A stretch of 64,000 nt of DNA from Candidatus Poribacteria bacterium (GTDB lineage Bacteria > Poribacteria > WGA-4E > PCPOR2b), in NCBI GenBank assembly GCA_965215015.1, contig OZ244042.1, forward strand, positions 1,408,001 to 1,472,000, written 5' to 3'. Each line of letters starts with the position of its first letter. The stretch's first letter is position 1. A program made the translations under genes and the position numbers. Below are positions 1 through 9,511 of this stretch, in pieces. Below the pieces are notes generated by a model, which had not been told where the DNA came from, did no database searches, and saw nothing but the letters and a program-made list of their open reading frames with translations.

Positions 1-1
1 T

Positions 2-763
2 AATAATGCAAGCCTCAACCAAATTTATTGCAAATCGAGTGAGAATATGTCAGAGATACCGGATTCGAGTATCCATCTAATGGTGACTTCTCCACCATAT
101 AATGTAAAAAAAGAATACGATAAGGACTTGTCCCTAAGCGATTACAGAGACCTGCTTAGAACCGTGTTTACCCAAACCCATAAAAAATTGGTGACGGGTG
201 GACGGGCTTGTGTTAATATTGCGAATTTAGGACGTAAACCCTATATTGCATTGCACGGCCATATTATCGAAGACATGTTAGAAATTGGCTATTATATGCG
301 AGGAGAAATCATCTGGAATAAAGCATCAAGTGCCAGTCCTTCAACAGCATGGGGAAGTTGGATGTCTGCGGCGAATCCTGTTTTAAGAGATATTCATGAA
401 TACATCTTGGTCTTTTCTAAAGGGTCATTTTCAAGGAGACGAAATCGGAAAGAGAATTCGATCAAAAAAGAAGAATTCTTAGAATGGACGAAAAGTGTCT
501 GGACATTTCCAGCAGTATCCGCCAAAAGTATTGGACATCCTGCCCCATTTCCCGAAGAATTGCCGTATAGATTGATTCAGTTATACACATTCAAAAACGA
601 CGTTGTTTTAGACCCGTTTTGTGGAAGTGGTACGACTTGTTTAGTTGCACTTAAATCAGGTAGAAGTTATATCGGCTATGATATTGAAGAAAAATATGCT
701 GAACTTGCAAACAACAGGATAGAAAGATATTCCTCTCAAATCAGATTGTTTGACGAAAGGTAG
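2..763 (+). CDS. Site-specific DNA methyltransferase, N4/N6 family, beta class (5'-truncated by window edge)
   Basis: TSPPY catalytic motif precedes the SAM-binding DPFCGSGTT motif; HPAPFP motif present. The frame is open back to base 2 (NNASLNQIYCKSSENM), so the true start probably lies upstream of the window. Confidence 0.9.
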   Translation, partial: NNASLNQIYCKSSENMSEIPDSSIHLMVTSPPYNVKKEYDKDLSLSDYRDLLRTVFTQTHKKLVTGGRACVNIANLGRKPYIALHGHIIEDMLEIGYYMRGEIIWNKASSASPSTAWGSWMSAANPVLRDIHEYILVFSKGSFSRRRNRKENSIKKEEFLEWTKSVWTFPAVSAKSIGHPAPFPEELPYRLIQLYTFKNDVVLDPFCGSGTTCLVALKSGRSYIGYDIEEKYAELANNRIERYSSQIRLFDER

Positions 764-1088
764 TAGGCACGATTCGCGTGCCGTAAACCCCACAACCGTT
801 ATGGCCTATGGCCGGGCTAAGATCCAACTGCCATTAAACTCCCAACCATAATGGGGAAAAACAAAATATCTCCAACTCCATAGGTGGGCCTCTTACCTCG
901 CGATCCGCGTCCTCTGCTGCATCTGCGATTCAGACAATAATTATGAGCACCCCTCAAGTATCATAGACGAGCTAGCCAGAAAATGAGAACATGGCGCGAA
1001 TACCTATTTGTAGTTCGGTGATTTAGCATCCGTCCGCATCCTTGTCCCCTCGCATATTAAAAGAAAAAGGAAGGTCAGGATTCACTAA

Positions 1089-1244
1089 CTTGCCAATCGA
1101 ATCTATACTGCGCCACAAACGATGTTGAAAATGCTATCAAGCGACAACACACCAACGCTCGACACGCTCGGAACCATTCTAGATGTGCTTGGATGGAGGC
1201 TTTCGATTGAGGCGTTAGAAAATGCAATACCTAGGGCGTGTTGA
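1089..1244 (+). pseudogene. Relic of an HTH addiction-module antidote (HI1420/HigA-like) C-terminus
   Basis: Manual translation gives *LANRIYTAPQTMLKMLSSDNTPTLDTLGTILDVLGWRLSIE, resembling the 'LSxxgNPTLDTlxxILxxLGxrL' HTH end. In-frame TAA at 1086-1088; the 3' end runs into a MITE. Confidence 0.5.
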
Positions 1245-1574
1245 CATTTCACTAGCACCAATTTGAAAATGCTGTTACGATTGGGCAAGCCGACGTCAAC
1301 AGAACTCGTCGGTCGAGACTCATATCTCGACATAATACCTGGCCTGTCACACTACAATCTTGGCTCAATCCCCCGGACTCTCGCGCTATGGTATTGTCGA
1401 TTTTCCAAAATTGACCGACAATGGGGAACCACGAGAGGTGCCCCTACAAGAATCGGTTGAATGTAGGACTAGGTCTTGTACCTACCTAAGATACAAACTG
1501 CCAGAATACTGAAACTTAAAATAATCTCAAGTAGATCCAGATGGATTCAGTTTGTCAAATGTCAACAGAACCTA
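1232..1574. mobile_element. MITE-like element, family A, copy 1
   Basis: Terminal inverted repeats TAGGGCGTGTTGACATTT ... AAATGTCAACAGAACCTA, with CTAG at both ends. No credible ORF inside; an inverted homologue lies at 12072-12317. Confidence 0.7.
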
Positions 1575-1593
1575 GCCAAAAGTGAGGATAAAA

Positions 1594-4500
1594 ATGAAAA
1601 GAGAGCATGGCTCACCGGGTTGCAGGGTTCACAAAATCAGGACAGGGATAAGTGCCTGTCCCTACTTCCTGCTCATTGTGGCTTTTGTAGCGTTGGTAGG
1701 TATCCGAGGCACTTCTGCTGCCATCACAGGCAAGATTTCAGGTGTGGTCACCGCTGAAGCAACGAAAGCACCGCTAGCGAATGTCACAGTAGCCGTTGTC
1801 GGGACAAGTCGCACCACAACAACAAACGACGCAGGCTATTATGTCCTCATTAATATCCCGCTGGGCGGTTACGATGTGAAGGCAGAATTGACCGGCTACG
1901 GCTCGGAGACTGTGACGGGTGCGAAGGTGTTTGCCGGGCTTACCACGACCCTAAACTTTGCCCTAAAGGCTGCCGATGTTGTCACACTTGAAGATATAAC
2001 AGTAAGAGCTACCAAACCGCTGATTAAGCGGGATGTTACACAAACGACAAGGATTATTGAAGCGGAGGATATTGCCGCCATGCCCCGCGATACTGTGAAT
2101 GGGATTCTCCAAACGCAGGCGGGTGTGGCAGTGAATAACACATCCGGCACACTCCATATTCGCGGTGGCCGCTCTATGGAGGTCAAATATCTGATTGATG
2201 GTCTCCCAATTAATGACCCGATTGGGAGCAGCTTAGGTGTGCATATCAGCACCAACGCCATTGAACAGATGGAAATCATCACAGGTGGATTCAATGCAGA
2301 ACACGGTGATGCACAATCCGGTGTGATTAATCTTATCACCAAAGCCGGTACACAAAAGTTTTCTGGTCAAATCCGGTATCGAGTCGGGCAGTGGGCAACA
2401 CACCACGGGGACCCGTTATACGGTCCTTGGTTCGATCCGGACAACGGTTTCCGACCGGTGGCACTCGAACCGTTCCGGGGAATCTTCCTCGGCAAACCTT
2501 ACGATTATCAAACACCCTATCGAGGAGACAGCGTTAGCGTCGGAGAATTGGCAAAGCGAGAGGGCGATGCACAGGTACTTTTCACGGAGATTGTCCCCGG
2601 CGTGTATGCGGATAGAACGGAAAACCCCTTGCTGCCCGTTATTGACCCCAGTACAGGCGAACCCATGGTGGATGCCGCAGGTGAAGTCATTAGGGCACGC
2701 CAACCCTACAAAGATACCGATGGCACCGTTATTGACTATGAGAAAAAACAGGTAACGCTGTTAGATGGCTACATCGTGGATTTGGAACAGTACAGTGGAT
2801 TGTTTAATGACACGAAAGAGTATGATCTGCGTCCGAGCCATATTGCGGAACTTACGCTCAACGGACCAATATGGGGTAATCGTTTGACCTTCTCGTTTGC
2901 TAGCCAGTTGCGACAAGATGAAAGTTATCTCCCCAATAGTGATGGAACGGGATACACCTTTCAGGGTAAACTCAAGTTTGAGGTGACACCTCAACTCAAA
3001 TTCACGGCAAGTGGGCTTTTCGATCAGCGGGAGTCCACCTCCTACGGTGGTAGCCTGCGCTTTTTACCCAGCGCGATTCCGGTGGCGAACAGGGAGGGAC
3101 GGGGGGTGTCCGTGCAACTCTCACATAATCTCGACTCGGGCACCTTCTATACGTTGACGCTTGGGCAATTCCATCACTCTTTTGAAAGCCATCAACCGGA
3201 AAAACTGTGGGATCCATTGAATAAAACATTTGATGAAAACGCTTGGGATCCTGAAAAATCGTTTGAGGAGAATCAGAGAGAGGGAAGAATAAGAAACCCG
3301 ACCCAACAGGCCTACAATGACACAAACTACTTCATTGCAGGTGATGACAACGCTTGGACCGACCGCAATTCGACGACATCAATACTGAAGGCAGATTTTG
3401 CCAGCCAAGTTACAGAAAATCACCAAATTCAGACAGGCATTGGATTTATGACACAAGATCTCTATAATCTCGGAGCGACGAATTATGGGAGTTCAAACCT
3501 CTACATGGAATTTTATGATGTAAGACCGAGTTCCATGAGTCTATATGTGCAAGACAAGATGGAGTATGCAGAAATGATTGTCAATGCCGGAGTGCGGTAT
3601 GATCTGTACAATCCAGATGGAGTCTCACCCGCCGATCCCTTGGATCCGCTTGAGCTCAACCCTGATGGAACAATCAAGCTGGATAAAAGCGTCTACACAG
3701 TTGGATTGCCCATCATCAAGAATCCGGTTCAAGCATCCGTCAAACAGAGGCTCTCCCCACGCCTCGGCATTTCGTTCCCGGTAACAGATCGGGCGAAGCT
3801 GCACTTCACGTATGGACATTACTACCAGATGCCGCGCGGCGATGACCTCTACGAAAACCTCAACTTTGATATGCGAGGGGCAATCCGCAGAAAAGGGAAT
3901 CCTGACCTGGAGCCGGAGAAAACTATTGCCTACGAAGTCGGGGTGGCGCAGCAGTTCACCGATGACTTAACAGCTGACATCACCGGGTTTACCAAGGATA
4001 TCGACAAACTTGTGAGTAGCGTGCATGTCGATATTACCAATGATTACAGCTATTTTATCAATGACATCTACGGACGGGTTCAAGGCGTTGAATTGACAGT
4101 TCGCAAGTGGCGCACAGGGAGAAGTCCAGTTTCCGGGATGCTCAATTATACCTATGCCGTCGCAAAAGGGAAAGGCTCTAGTCGAAATCTGGGCTACCTG
4201 ACCTATTATCGGGCACAACCTGAAGTGACTGAAAGCCATCCCTTAAACTGGGATCAGCGGCACGTTGTTTCCGGAACCTTAGATATTCAATTGCCCCTTG
4301 ATGTCGCTATCAACCTGATTGGGCGGTATGGCAGTGGCTTGCCCTACACACCCAATCCGAATGCGCCGGTCAAACCTGATGTGAACTCAAAGCGATACCC
4401 GGCAACCTACAACCTTGACGCGCTGATTAGCAAGCGAAGCGAAGTTGGTGAGTTGACCTATACGTTCTTTGCAGATATTCGGAATATATTCAACACGAAA

Positions 4501-4632
4501 AATCTCTATGACCTGATTGATCCGGTGACGTACGACCGGTACGGTCTCCCGCTCAACGATAAGAAACATTCGGATCCGCTCTCGTGGAGTTCACCACGCC
4601 TTGTTATGATTGGCGTGAGTCTGGATTTTTAA
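1594..4632 (+). CDS. TonB-dependent receptor with N-terminal carboxypeptidase-regulatory-like domain
   Basis: Signal peptide; GKISGVV..GYYVLINIPLGGYDV N-domain; plug motifs HIRGGR..YLIDG and TGGFNAEHGDAQSGVIN; GNPDLEPEKTIAYEVG; C-terminal aromatic (LDF). RBS GAGGA precedes the ATG at 1594. Confidence 0.93.
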   Translation: MKREHGSPGCRVHKIRTGISACPYFLLIVAFVALVGIRGTSAAITGKISGVVTAEATKAPLANVTVAVVGTSRTTTTNDAGYYVLINIPLGGYDVKAELTGYGSETVTGAKVFAGLTTTLNFALKAADVVTLEDITVRATKPLIKRDVTQTTRIIEAEDIAAMPRDTVNGILQTQAGVAVNNTSGTLHIRGGRSMEVKYLIDGLPINDPIGSSLGVHISTNAIEQMEIITGGFNAEHGDAQSGVINLITKAGTQKFSGQIRYRVGQWATHHGDPLYGPWFDPDNGFRPVALEPFRGIFLGKPYDYQTPYRGDSVSVGELAKREGDAQVLFTEIVPGVYADRTENPLLPVIDPSTGEPMVDAAGEVIRARQPYKDTDGTVIDYEKKQVTLLDGYIVDLEQYSGLFNDTKEYDLRPSHIAELTLNGPIWGNRLTFSFASQLRQDESYLPNSDGTGYTFQGKLKFEVTPQLKFTASGLFDQRESTSYGGSLRFLPSAIPVANREGRGVSVQLSHNLDSGTFYTLTLGQFHHSFESHQPEKLWDPLNKTFDENAWDPEKSFEENQREGRIRNPTQQAYNDTNYFIAGDDNAWTDRNSTTSILKADFASQVTENHQIQTGIGFMTQDLYNLGATNYGSSNLYMEFYDVRPSSMSLYVQDKMEYAEMIVNAGVRYDLYNPDGVSPADPLDPLELNPDGTIKLDKSVYTVGLPIIKNPVQASVKQRLSPRLGISFPVTDRAKLHFTYGHYYQMPRGDDLYENLNFDMRGAIRRKGNPDLEPEKTIAYEVGVAQQFTDDLTADITGFTKDIDKLVSSVHVDITNDYSYFINDIYGRVQGVELTVRKWRTGRSPVSGMLNYTYAVAKGKGSSRNLGYLTYYRAQPEVTESHPLNWDQRHVVSGTLDIQLPLDVAINLIGRYGSGLPYTPNPNAPVKPDVNSKRYPATYNLDALISKRSEVGELTYTFFADIRNIFNTKNLYDLIDPVTYDRYGLPLNDKKHSDPLSWSSPRLVMIGVSLDF

Positions 4633-4835
4633 GGGAATCAGGCTTTCCAAGTTGACAATTTGAGGCAATCCTTTCTCGGTTCGCGTCCCTGCATGTCAGA
4701 AGCTCTGAATCGGTAACGCAGCTTGTCTCTGGACATGATTCGGAAATGGCACAAGGGGCTTGGAATTTCGGCGGATATATTGGTTCAGCCATACGAATAG
4801 GAAAGGCCTCCTTACCTCGATTTTTAGGAGGAAAA

Positions 4836-7800
4836 GTGAAACATACGAAACCGGGCAGACATTCAGGGCTGCCCCTGCTAGTATCCCTCATATCCGGGCT
4901 ACCGATCATAGCAATCCTGCCGGTGATGGCTGCCGTGGATTGGAAGGCACTGGATGTCGGCAATCTGTCGTCTGCGGTCTACAACACTGCAGTCGTCGGC
5001 TACCCCAGCAACCCGACCGCAAACCCTTCAGGGTGGTGGCCCGCAGGCACAAACGATTCCTATATCTTTGAAGGAGATATCTGGATCGGTGCCAAAAAAG
5101 ATGGAGCGGTCGGTGTCTCCGCATCAGATGGCAGGCAAAGCGAAATCTGGCCCACCGACGATGTGCCTGAAGTGATTTCAAACAAGCCCGGTGTGACGAC
5201 AAAAGGAACCCCGACAAGCCAAGCGATCATGTTCAAATGCACCGACATGAACCCTGAAGCGAATCAGGGATTGATTCTCGGGTTAGAGCTGGAAGTCAAT
5301 GGCTTTCAATGGAGTTATGAACCGCTCTACGATTTCTTTATTCTAGAATACAAAGTTAACAACGTTGGTAGCGATCAACTTGAAGACCTGTTTATGGCGT
5401 TCCGATATGACGTAGACATCTCCAGCAATGAAACAGGCACAGCAAGCTACTCGGCTGATGACTTTATTGCGTTAGATGAAACGCCGGATGCTCTCAACCC
5501 CGATACACACCCGAACCGTTACCTCTCTTACGGGTTTTCCAACGCTTCCGCTCCCGGGTATATCGGTTTGCGGGTCTTGGATGCGTATGTGGGGGATAAC
5601 CCACAGGATGCCGGGGCAAAAATTCCTTTTACGGCGCACAAACGGATTACAATAGATACGGACCCAACGACCGATGCGGAGATGTACGCTTTAATCAGCA
5701 CCCCTGGTGTTGACCCACTTCCCGCAAACTACGACGATCAACGCTTTATTCAGTCTTATGGGCCCATAGCATCGCTCGCGCCCGGACAGGAGTTCACCTT
5801 CGTCACGGCAGTGGCTATCGGTGAGGGGCTTGCGGGTTTACAAGCGGCTGCGGACTGGGCGCAGAAGTTGTATGATGATGGCTATGTTGCACCTGCCCCG
5901 CCACCGTCTCCGCTGGTAACCGCTTATCCTGCCAACGGACAGGTGACGCTTGTCTGGGAAAGTGCTGAACGCTGGGTGGATCAGGGTGTCAATAAAAGTA
6001 TCGAAGAATATGTTGATTCCACCGACCCGGAGAAGATTTTTGAGGGCTACAGAGTCTACCGCCGAGATACCTCCTACGATCCGGATACCGGCAACCCTGT
6101 AGAAGATTGGGAGATGCTAATGGAGTTTGACAAACCGAGCGCAACCGGTAATTTCTTCACGGTCGCGCATGTCGGTAAACAGTCAGACGCTACCATTGCA
6201 AGTGGAGGCGATGAACCCTTTTTTGCTGACTTTTTCAAACATGCTGTCTATGCAATCAAATTCAATTCCAGCACCATTTTTGAGGTGATTAATACGACGC
6301 TATGGGAGGTTATAGCGCATAACCCCCAATTCCCGGCGAACGGTGAAGGATATGTTGTGGTGAAAGATCCGAATACAGGTGAAGCATATCCTGATGGAAC
6401 CTACCGTTCCGGTGCGCTAATCTACTTCGGGGGGTTGTATGTAGCAATTACGGACGGTCCTTCAGGGCCTCCTGTAGCTGGCGATATCTTTCGTGTCGTT
6501 TCCACGCCTTCACAGTCACTCGGTGAAGATGCAGGCATCAAGAATTTCTACATCGACGAAGGGTTGACCAACGGGCTTCAATACACCTATGCGGTGACTT
6601 CGTTCGATACCGGCAACCCGAAAACTGGGCTTATCTCAATGGAGAGCAGCCAGATTGAGACGATGGTTCACGTCGTTCCACGCGCCCAACCCGCTGGTTA
6701 TCGGGAAGCGATTGTTGACGTGGAGGGCAAAGGAGTAGGAACTGTTGCCGTTGAACCGATGGTCCTCGCACCAAATAAGGTGACCGGACATCAATATAAA
6801 ATCGTCTGGCAGAGTGCGAAACAAATAGGACCCGGTGCGTATATCACAGGGCCCGGCTATCAGCCACCCTCTTATGAGATTGTTAACATGACGACAAATC
6901 AAACAGTAGTGGAGCAGCAACCGTTTGAGTGGTATGATCCTGCTCACGGCGAGGCTGTTGAGGTACTCTCCCCGATGTTTGATGGAATCATCTTAAAGAT
7001 AACGGGCGTTGATGTTACTTACGGGAGTCCAACCGAAAATCCGATTAACAACGTCGAGCTGACCGCAGGCTCCGTTCCGGGGTGGACGGCGGACATCCAA
7101 TCACCCGGTGTTGGAGAGAATACCTGGCCTAACATCTTCTGGGCAACGTATTACCGTCCGCACAGGTATTCGATCACGTTTGTTGATGATACACACGTCA
7201 AGGTACTGGATGAAGATACGGGCGAGGAGATTCAATTCAACGACCAACGGGCAGATGGATACGCAATTCTAGGGGCAGGTTGGGTTGATACATATAACCG
7301 GGAAGCTACACCTGACTTTTTTCGGATTTACATTCGGGGTGGGTACGTCTTCATTAAAGATCCCAACCATGAAATCTCTGCTGGAGATGTATTCACCGTT
7401 GACATGGGGGGGATCAGCGCGCCGCGGGATGGCGACGAGTTTCTGATGATGACACAAGGCGCGTCGCTCGCCGCTGAAGACATCACAGCAGACCTAGAAC
7501 GAATCCGCGTCGTGCCAAATCCCTACTTTGTCACGAACAGGGCCGTGACTGCTGAAGGAACAGACAAAATTTTCTTCATGCACCTTCCGCCGCGGTGTAC
7601 TATTCGGATTTATACGATGGTGGGTGAATTGGTGCGGGAGATCGAACATGAGAGCTTCGCACCTTTCGACGCAGATGAACGTTTGGCACAGGGCGACAAG
7701 GGCGGTACAGAGACATTCGATCTCCTTAACCTCTACAATCAAGCCCTTGCGAGTGGAGTCTATATCTATCATATTGAAGCACAAGATGACAGCAATAATG

Positions 7801-7841
7801 TTATCGGGAATAAAATCGGTCGATTTGCAATCATTCGATAA
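4836..7841 (+). CDS. Secreted protein with FN3-like segments and a T9SS type-A-like C-terminal domain (PNPY type)
   Basis: AGGAGG then GTG at 4836; signal peptide; APPPSP..VTLVW..FEGYRVYR and YTYAVTSFD FN3-like strands; C-terminal IRVVPNPY..IRIYT..G.LV..ASGVYIYHI..GRFAIIR. Confidence 0.8.
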   Translation: MKHTKPGRHSGLPLLVSLISGLPIIAILPVMAAVDWKALDVGNLSSAVYNTAVVGYPSNPTANPSGWWPAGTNDSYIFEGDIWIGAKKDGAVGVSASDGRQSEIWPTDDVPEVISNKPGVTTKGTPTSQAIMFKCTDMNPEANQGLILGLELEVNGFQWSYEPLYDFFILEYKVNNVGSDQLEDLFMAFRYDVDISSNETGTASYSADDFIALDETPDALNPDTHPNRYLSYGFSNASAPGYIGLRVLDAYVGDNPQDAGAKIPFTAHKRITIDTDPTTDAEMYALISTPGVDPLPANYDDQRFIQSYGPIASLAPGQEFTFVTAVAIGEGLAGLQAAADWAQKLYDDGYVAPAPPPSPLVTAYPANGQVTLVWESAERWVDQGVNKSIEEYVDSTDPEKIFEGYRVYRRDTSYDPDTGNPVEDWEMLMEFDKPSATGNFFTVAHVGKQSDATIASGGDEPFFADFFKHAVYAIKFNSSTIFEVINTTLWEVIAHNPQFPANGEGYVVVKDPNTGEAYPDGTYRSGALIYFGGLYVAITDGPSGPPVAGDIFRVVSTPSQSLGEDAGIKNFYIDEGLTNGLQYTYAVTSFDTGNPKTGLISMESSQIETMVHVVPRAQPAGYREAIVDVEGKGVGTVAVEPMVLAPNKVTGHQYKIVWQSAKQIGPGAYITGPGYQPPSYEIVNMTTNQTVVEQQPFEWYDPAHGEAVEVLSPMFDGIILKITGVDVTYGSPTENPINNVELTAGSVPGWTADIQSPGVGENTWPNIFWATYYRPHRYSITFVDDTHVKVLDEDTGEEIQFNDQRADGYAILGAGWVDTYNREATPDFFRIYIRGGYVFIKDPNHEISAGDVFTVDMGGISAPRDGDEFLMMTQGASLAAEDITADLERIRVVPNPYFVTNRAVTAEGTDKIFFMHLPPRCTIRIYTMVGELVREIEHESFAPFDADERLAQGDKGGTETFDLLNLYNQALASGVYIYHIEAQDDSNNVIGNKIGRFAIIR

Positions 7842-7846
7842 AGGGG

Positions 7847-8350
7847 TAGGACTTACGCAGTTGACCCCCCGAAGCCTTGTAGGTCGAGATTCATCTCTCG
7901 ATAAAACACCCGGACTATAGCGCAATGTCCCGGGCGGATTGAATCTGAATTGTTACCCCATCGTGTCTGGTATTCTGTAGCGCAATATTCTCTGTATTTT
8001 CGATTTTTGAAAATTGACAGACACAAGTCCTATGCTGGTGCATTTCGCAGTTTAGTACCCCCAATTTCAGCGAGGATGGTCTCTGCACCACGATTGCCGA
8101 TTTGGTGAGTCTGCCTCTCACCGCCTGATGAATCGGGTGGTGACAGTGAATTCTAAAGGAGGCGGCACGATCCGCGTGCCCTTCCTCTGCTTGCGGGCGG
8201 ATAGAGGGAGATTAGGGGGACAACCCACCGGGTATTTACGGGGGAAGGGGAGGACAGCATACGGCGTATGCCGACTCCTGTCGGGCGATTTAGCGTCTAT
8301 CGTGCCGCGGGTTGAATGGCGTTACGACATACTCAAGTGCGTAACGCCTA
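7847..8350. mobile_element. MITE-like element, family B, copy 1 (504 bp)
   Basis: TIRs TAGGACTTACGCA ... TGCGTAACGCCTA with TA at both ends; the interior consists of palindromic modules shared with other intergenic repeats. Confidence 0.65.
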
Positions 8351-8364
8351 AAAAGGGTAAGCAC

Positions 8365-9468
8365 ATGCGTAATACCATTTTTGTGAATCGAACAACGGGG
8401 CGATTTGCCTCAACAATTTCTACTTTCTTCATTGCCGTTACGCTTTTATGGACGGTTCCTAGTGATGCAACCACCAATGTCGGAACTGCCGGTGCACAGT
8501 TTCTGAAAATTGGCCCCGGGGCACGGGTGGACAGTTTGGGCGGTGCGTTCGGCGGGCTTGCCAACGATGCCACCAGCATCTACTGGAATCCAGCCGGGTT
8601 AAGCCAACTCAAACAGACCAGCTTTTCAGACACGCATACAATATGGCTTGCTGACATCCGATACAACTATCTCGCGTTCGCCACGCCAATAGAAAAGGTC
8701 GGCACCTTGGGCGCAAGCGTTACATTCCTCAACGTCCCCGATATGGAAATTACAACGCTTGCAAAACCGGATGGGACCGGACTTTGGTTCTCGGCATGGG
8801 ATGCGGCGGTATCGGTGGCGTACTCCCGACAACTCTACGAAAAAGAGTCGGGAGTCAACCTCTCCTTCGGTGTTAATGCTAAATACATCCATCAGCAGAT
8901 TCATCGGGAAAGTGCCACCGGGGTTGCCCTTGATGTTGGGACTTTATACCATACAGGTTGGAGAAGTTTACGCATTGGGATGTGTTTCTCGAACTTCGGT
9001 CCCGAGATGCGTTTCAGCGGTCCAGACCTCGCGACCGGTGCCGAAGAAGCGGGAGACTCTAGAAACGCGGCCTATCGTCCCTATCCGGATACAACGAATC
9101 CGACGCGAAAGGCTGAATTAGAAACCGTGGAGTTTCCGTTGCCGTCCAATTTCCGCCTCGGCCTCGCCTACGATTTGCTTGATATCGGTGACAACCTCCT
9201 CACCGTCGCCCTTGATGCCAATCATCCGAATGATAATAGTGAACGGTTGAACCTCGGATTAGAGTATTGGTATAGAAAAATGGCAGCGATTCGTGGGGGT
9301 TATAAATTCCGTTTGGGGCCCGAACGGAGTGACGATGAGGAAGGGTTAACGCTCGGCTTGGGTATCCGCATAAATTTTGTCGAAACAATGCTCTTTCTGG
9401 ATTATGCGTTTGCCGATTTTGGGTATCTGCAACAGGCGCATCGTGTGAGCCTAGGTCTGAAATTCTAA
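8365..9468 (+). CDS. PorV/PorQ-family (UPF0164-like) outer-membrane beta-barrel protein
   Basis: GTAGAQFLKIGPGAR..LGGAF..ANDATSIYWNPAGL N-terminal signature and DYAF..HRVSLGLKF end. The longer ORF-track start (8128) lies inside a MITE, so ATG 8365 is preferred. Confidence 0.88.
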   Translation: MRNTIFVNRTTGRFASTISTFFIAVTLLWTVPSDATTNVGTAGAQFLKIGPGARVDSLGGAFGGLANDATSIYWNPAGLSQLKQTSFSDTHTIWLADIRYNYLAFATPIEKVGTLGASVTFLNVPDMEITTLAKPDGTGLWFSAWDAAVSVAYSRQLYEKESGVNLSFGVNAKYIHQQIHRESATGVALDVGTLYHTGWRSLRIGMCFSNFGPEMRFSGPDLATGAEEAGDSRNAAYRPYPDTTNPTRKAELETVEFPLPSNFRLGLAYDLLDIGDNLLTVALDANHPNDNSERLNLGLEYWYRKMAAIRGGYKFRLGPERSDDEEGLTLGLGIRINFVETMLFLDYAFADFGYLQQAHRVSLGLKF

Positions 9469-9511
9469 GAACTTCTACAAAAACCCGCTATCGGAGCAAA
9501 GGAGCTATACC

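Noticed and set aside
4746-4835. Longer start for the CTD protein, or a riboswitch in 4633-4835
   Set aside because: A strong AGGAGG precedes GTG 4836, and I recognise no riboswitch consensus (e.g. cobalamin, TPP) in this interval.
8128-8364. 79-aa N-terminal extension of the PorV protein in the ORF track
   Set aside because: Lies within MITE family B; the signal peptide begins after ATG 8365.
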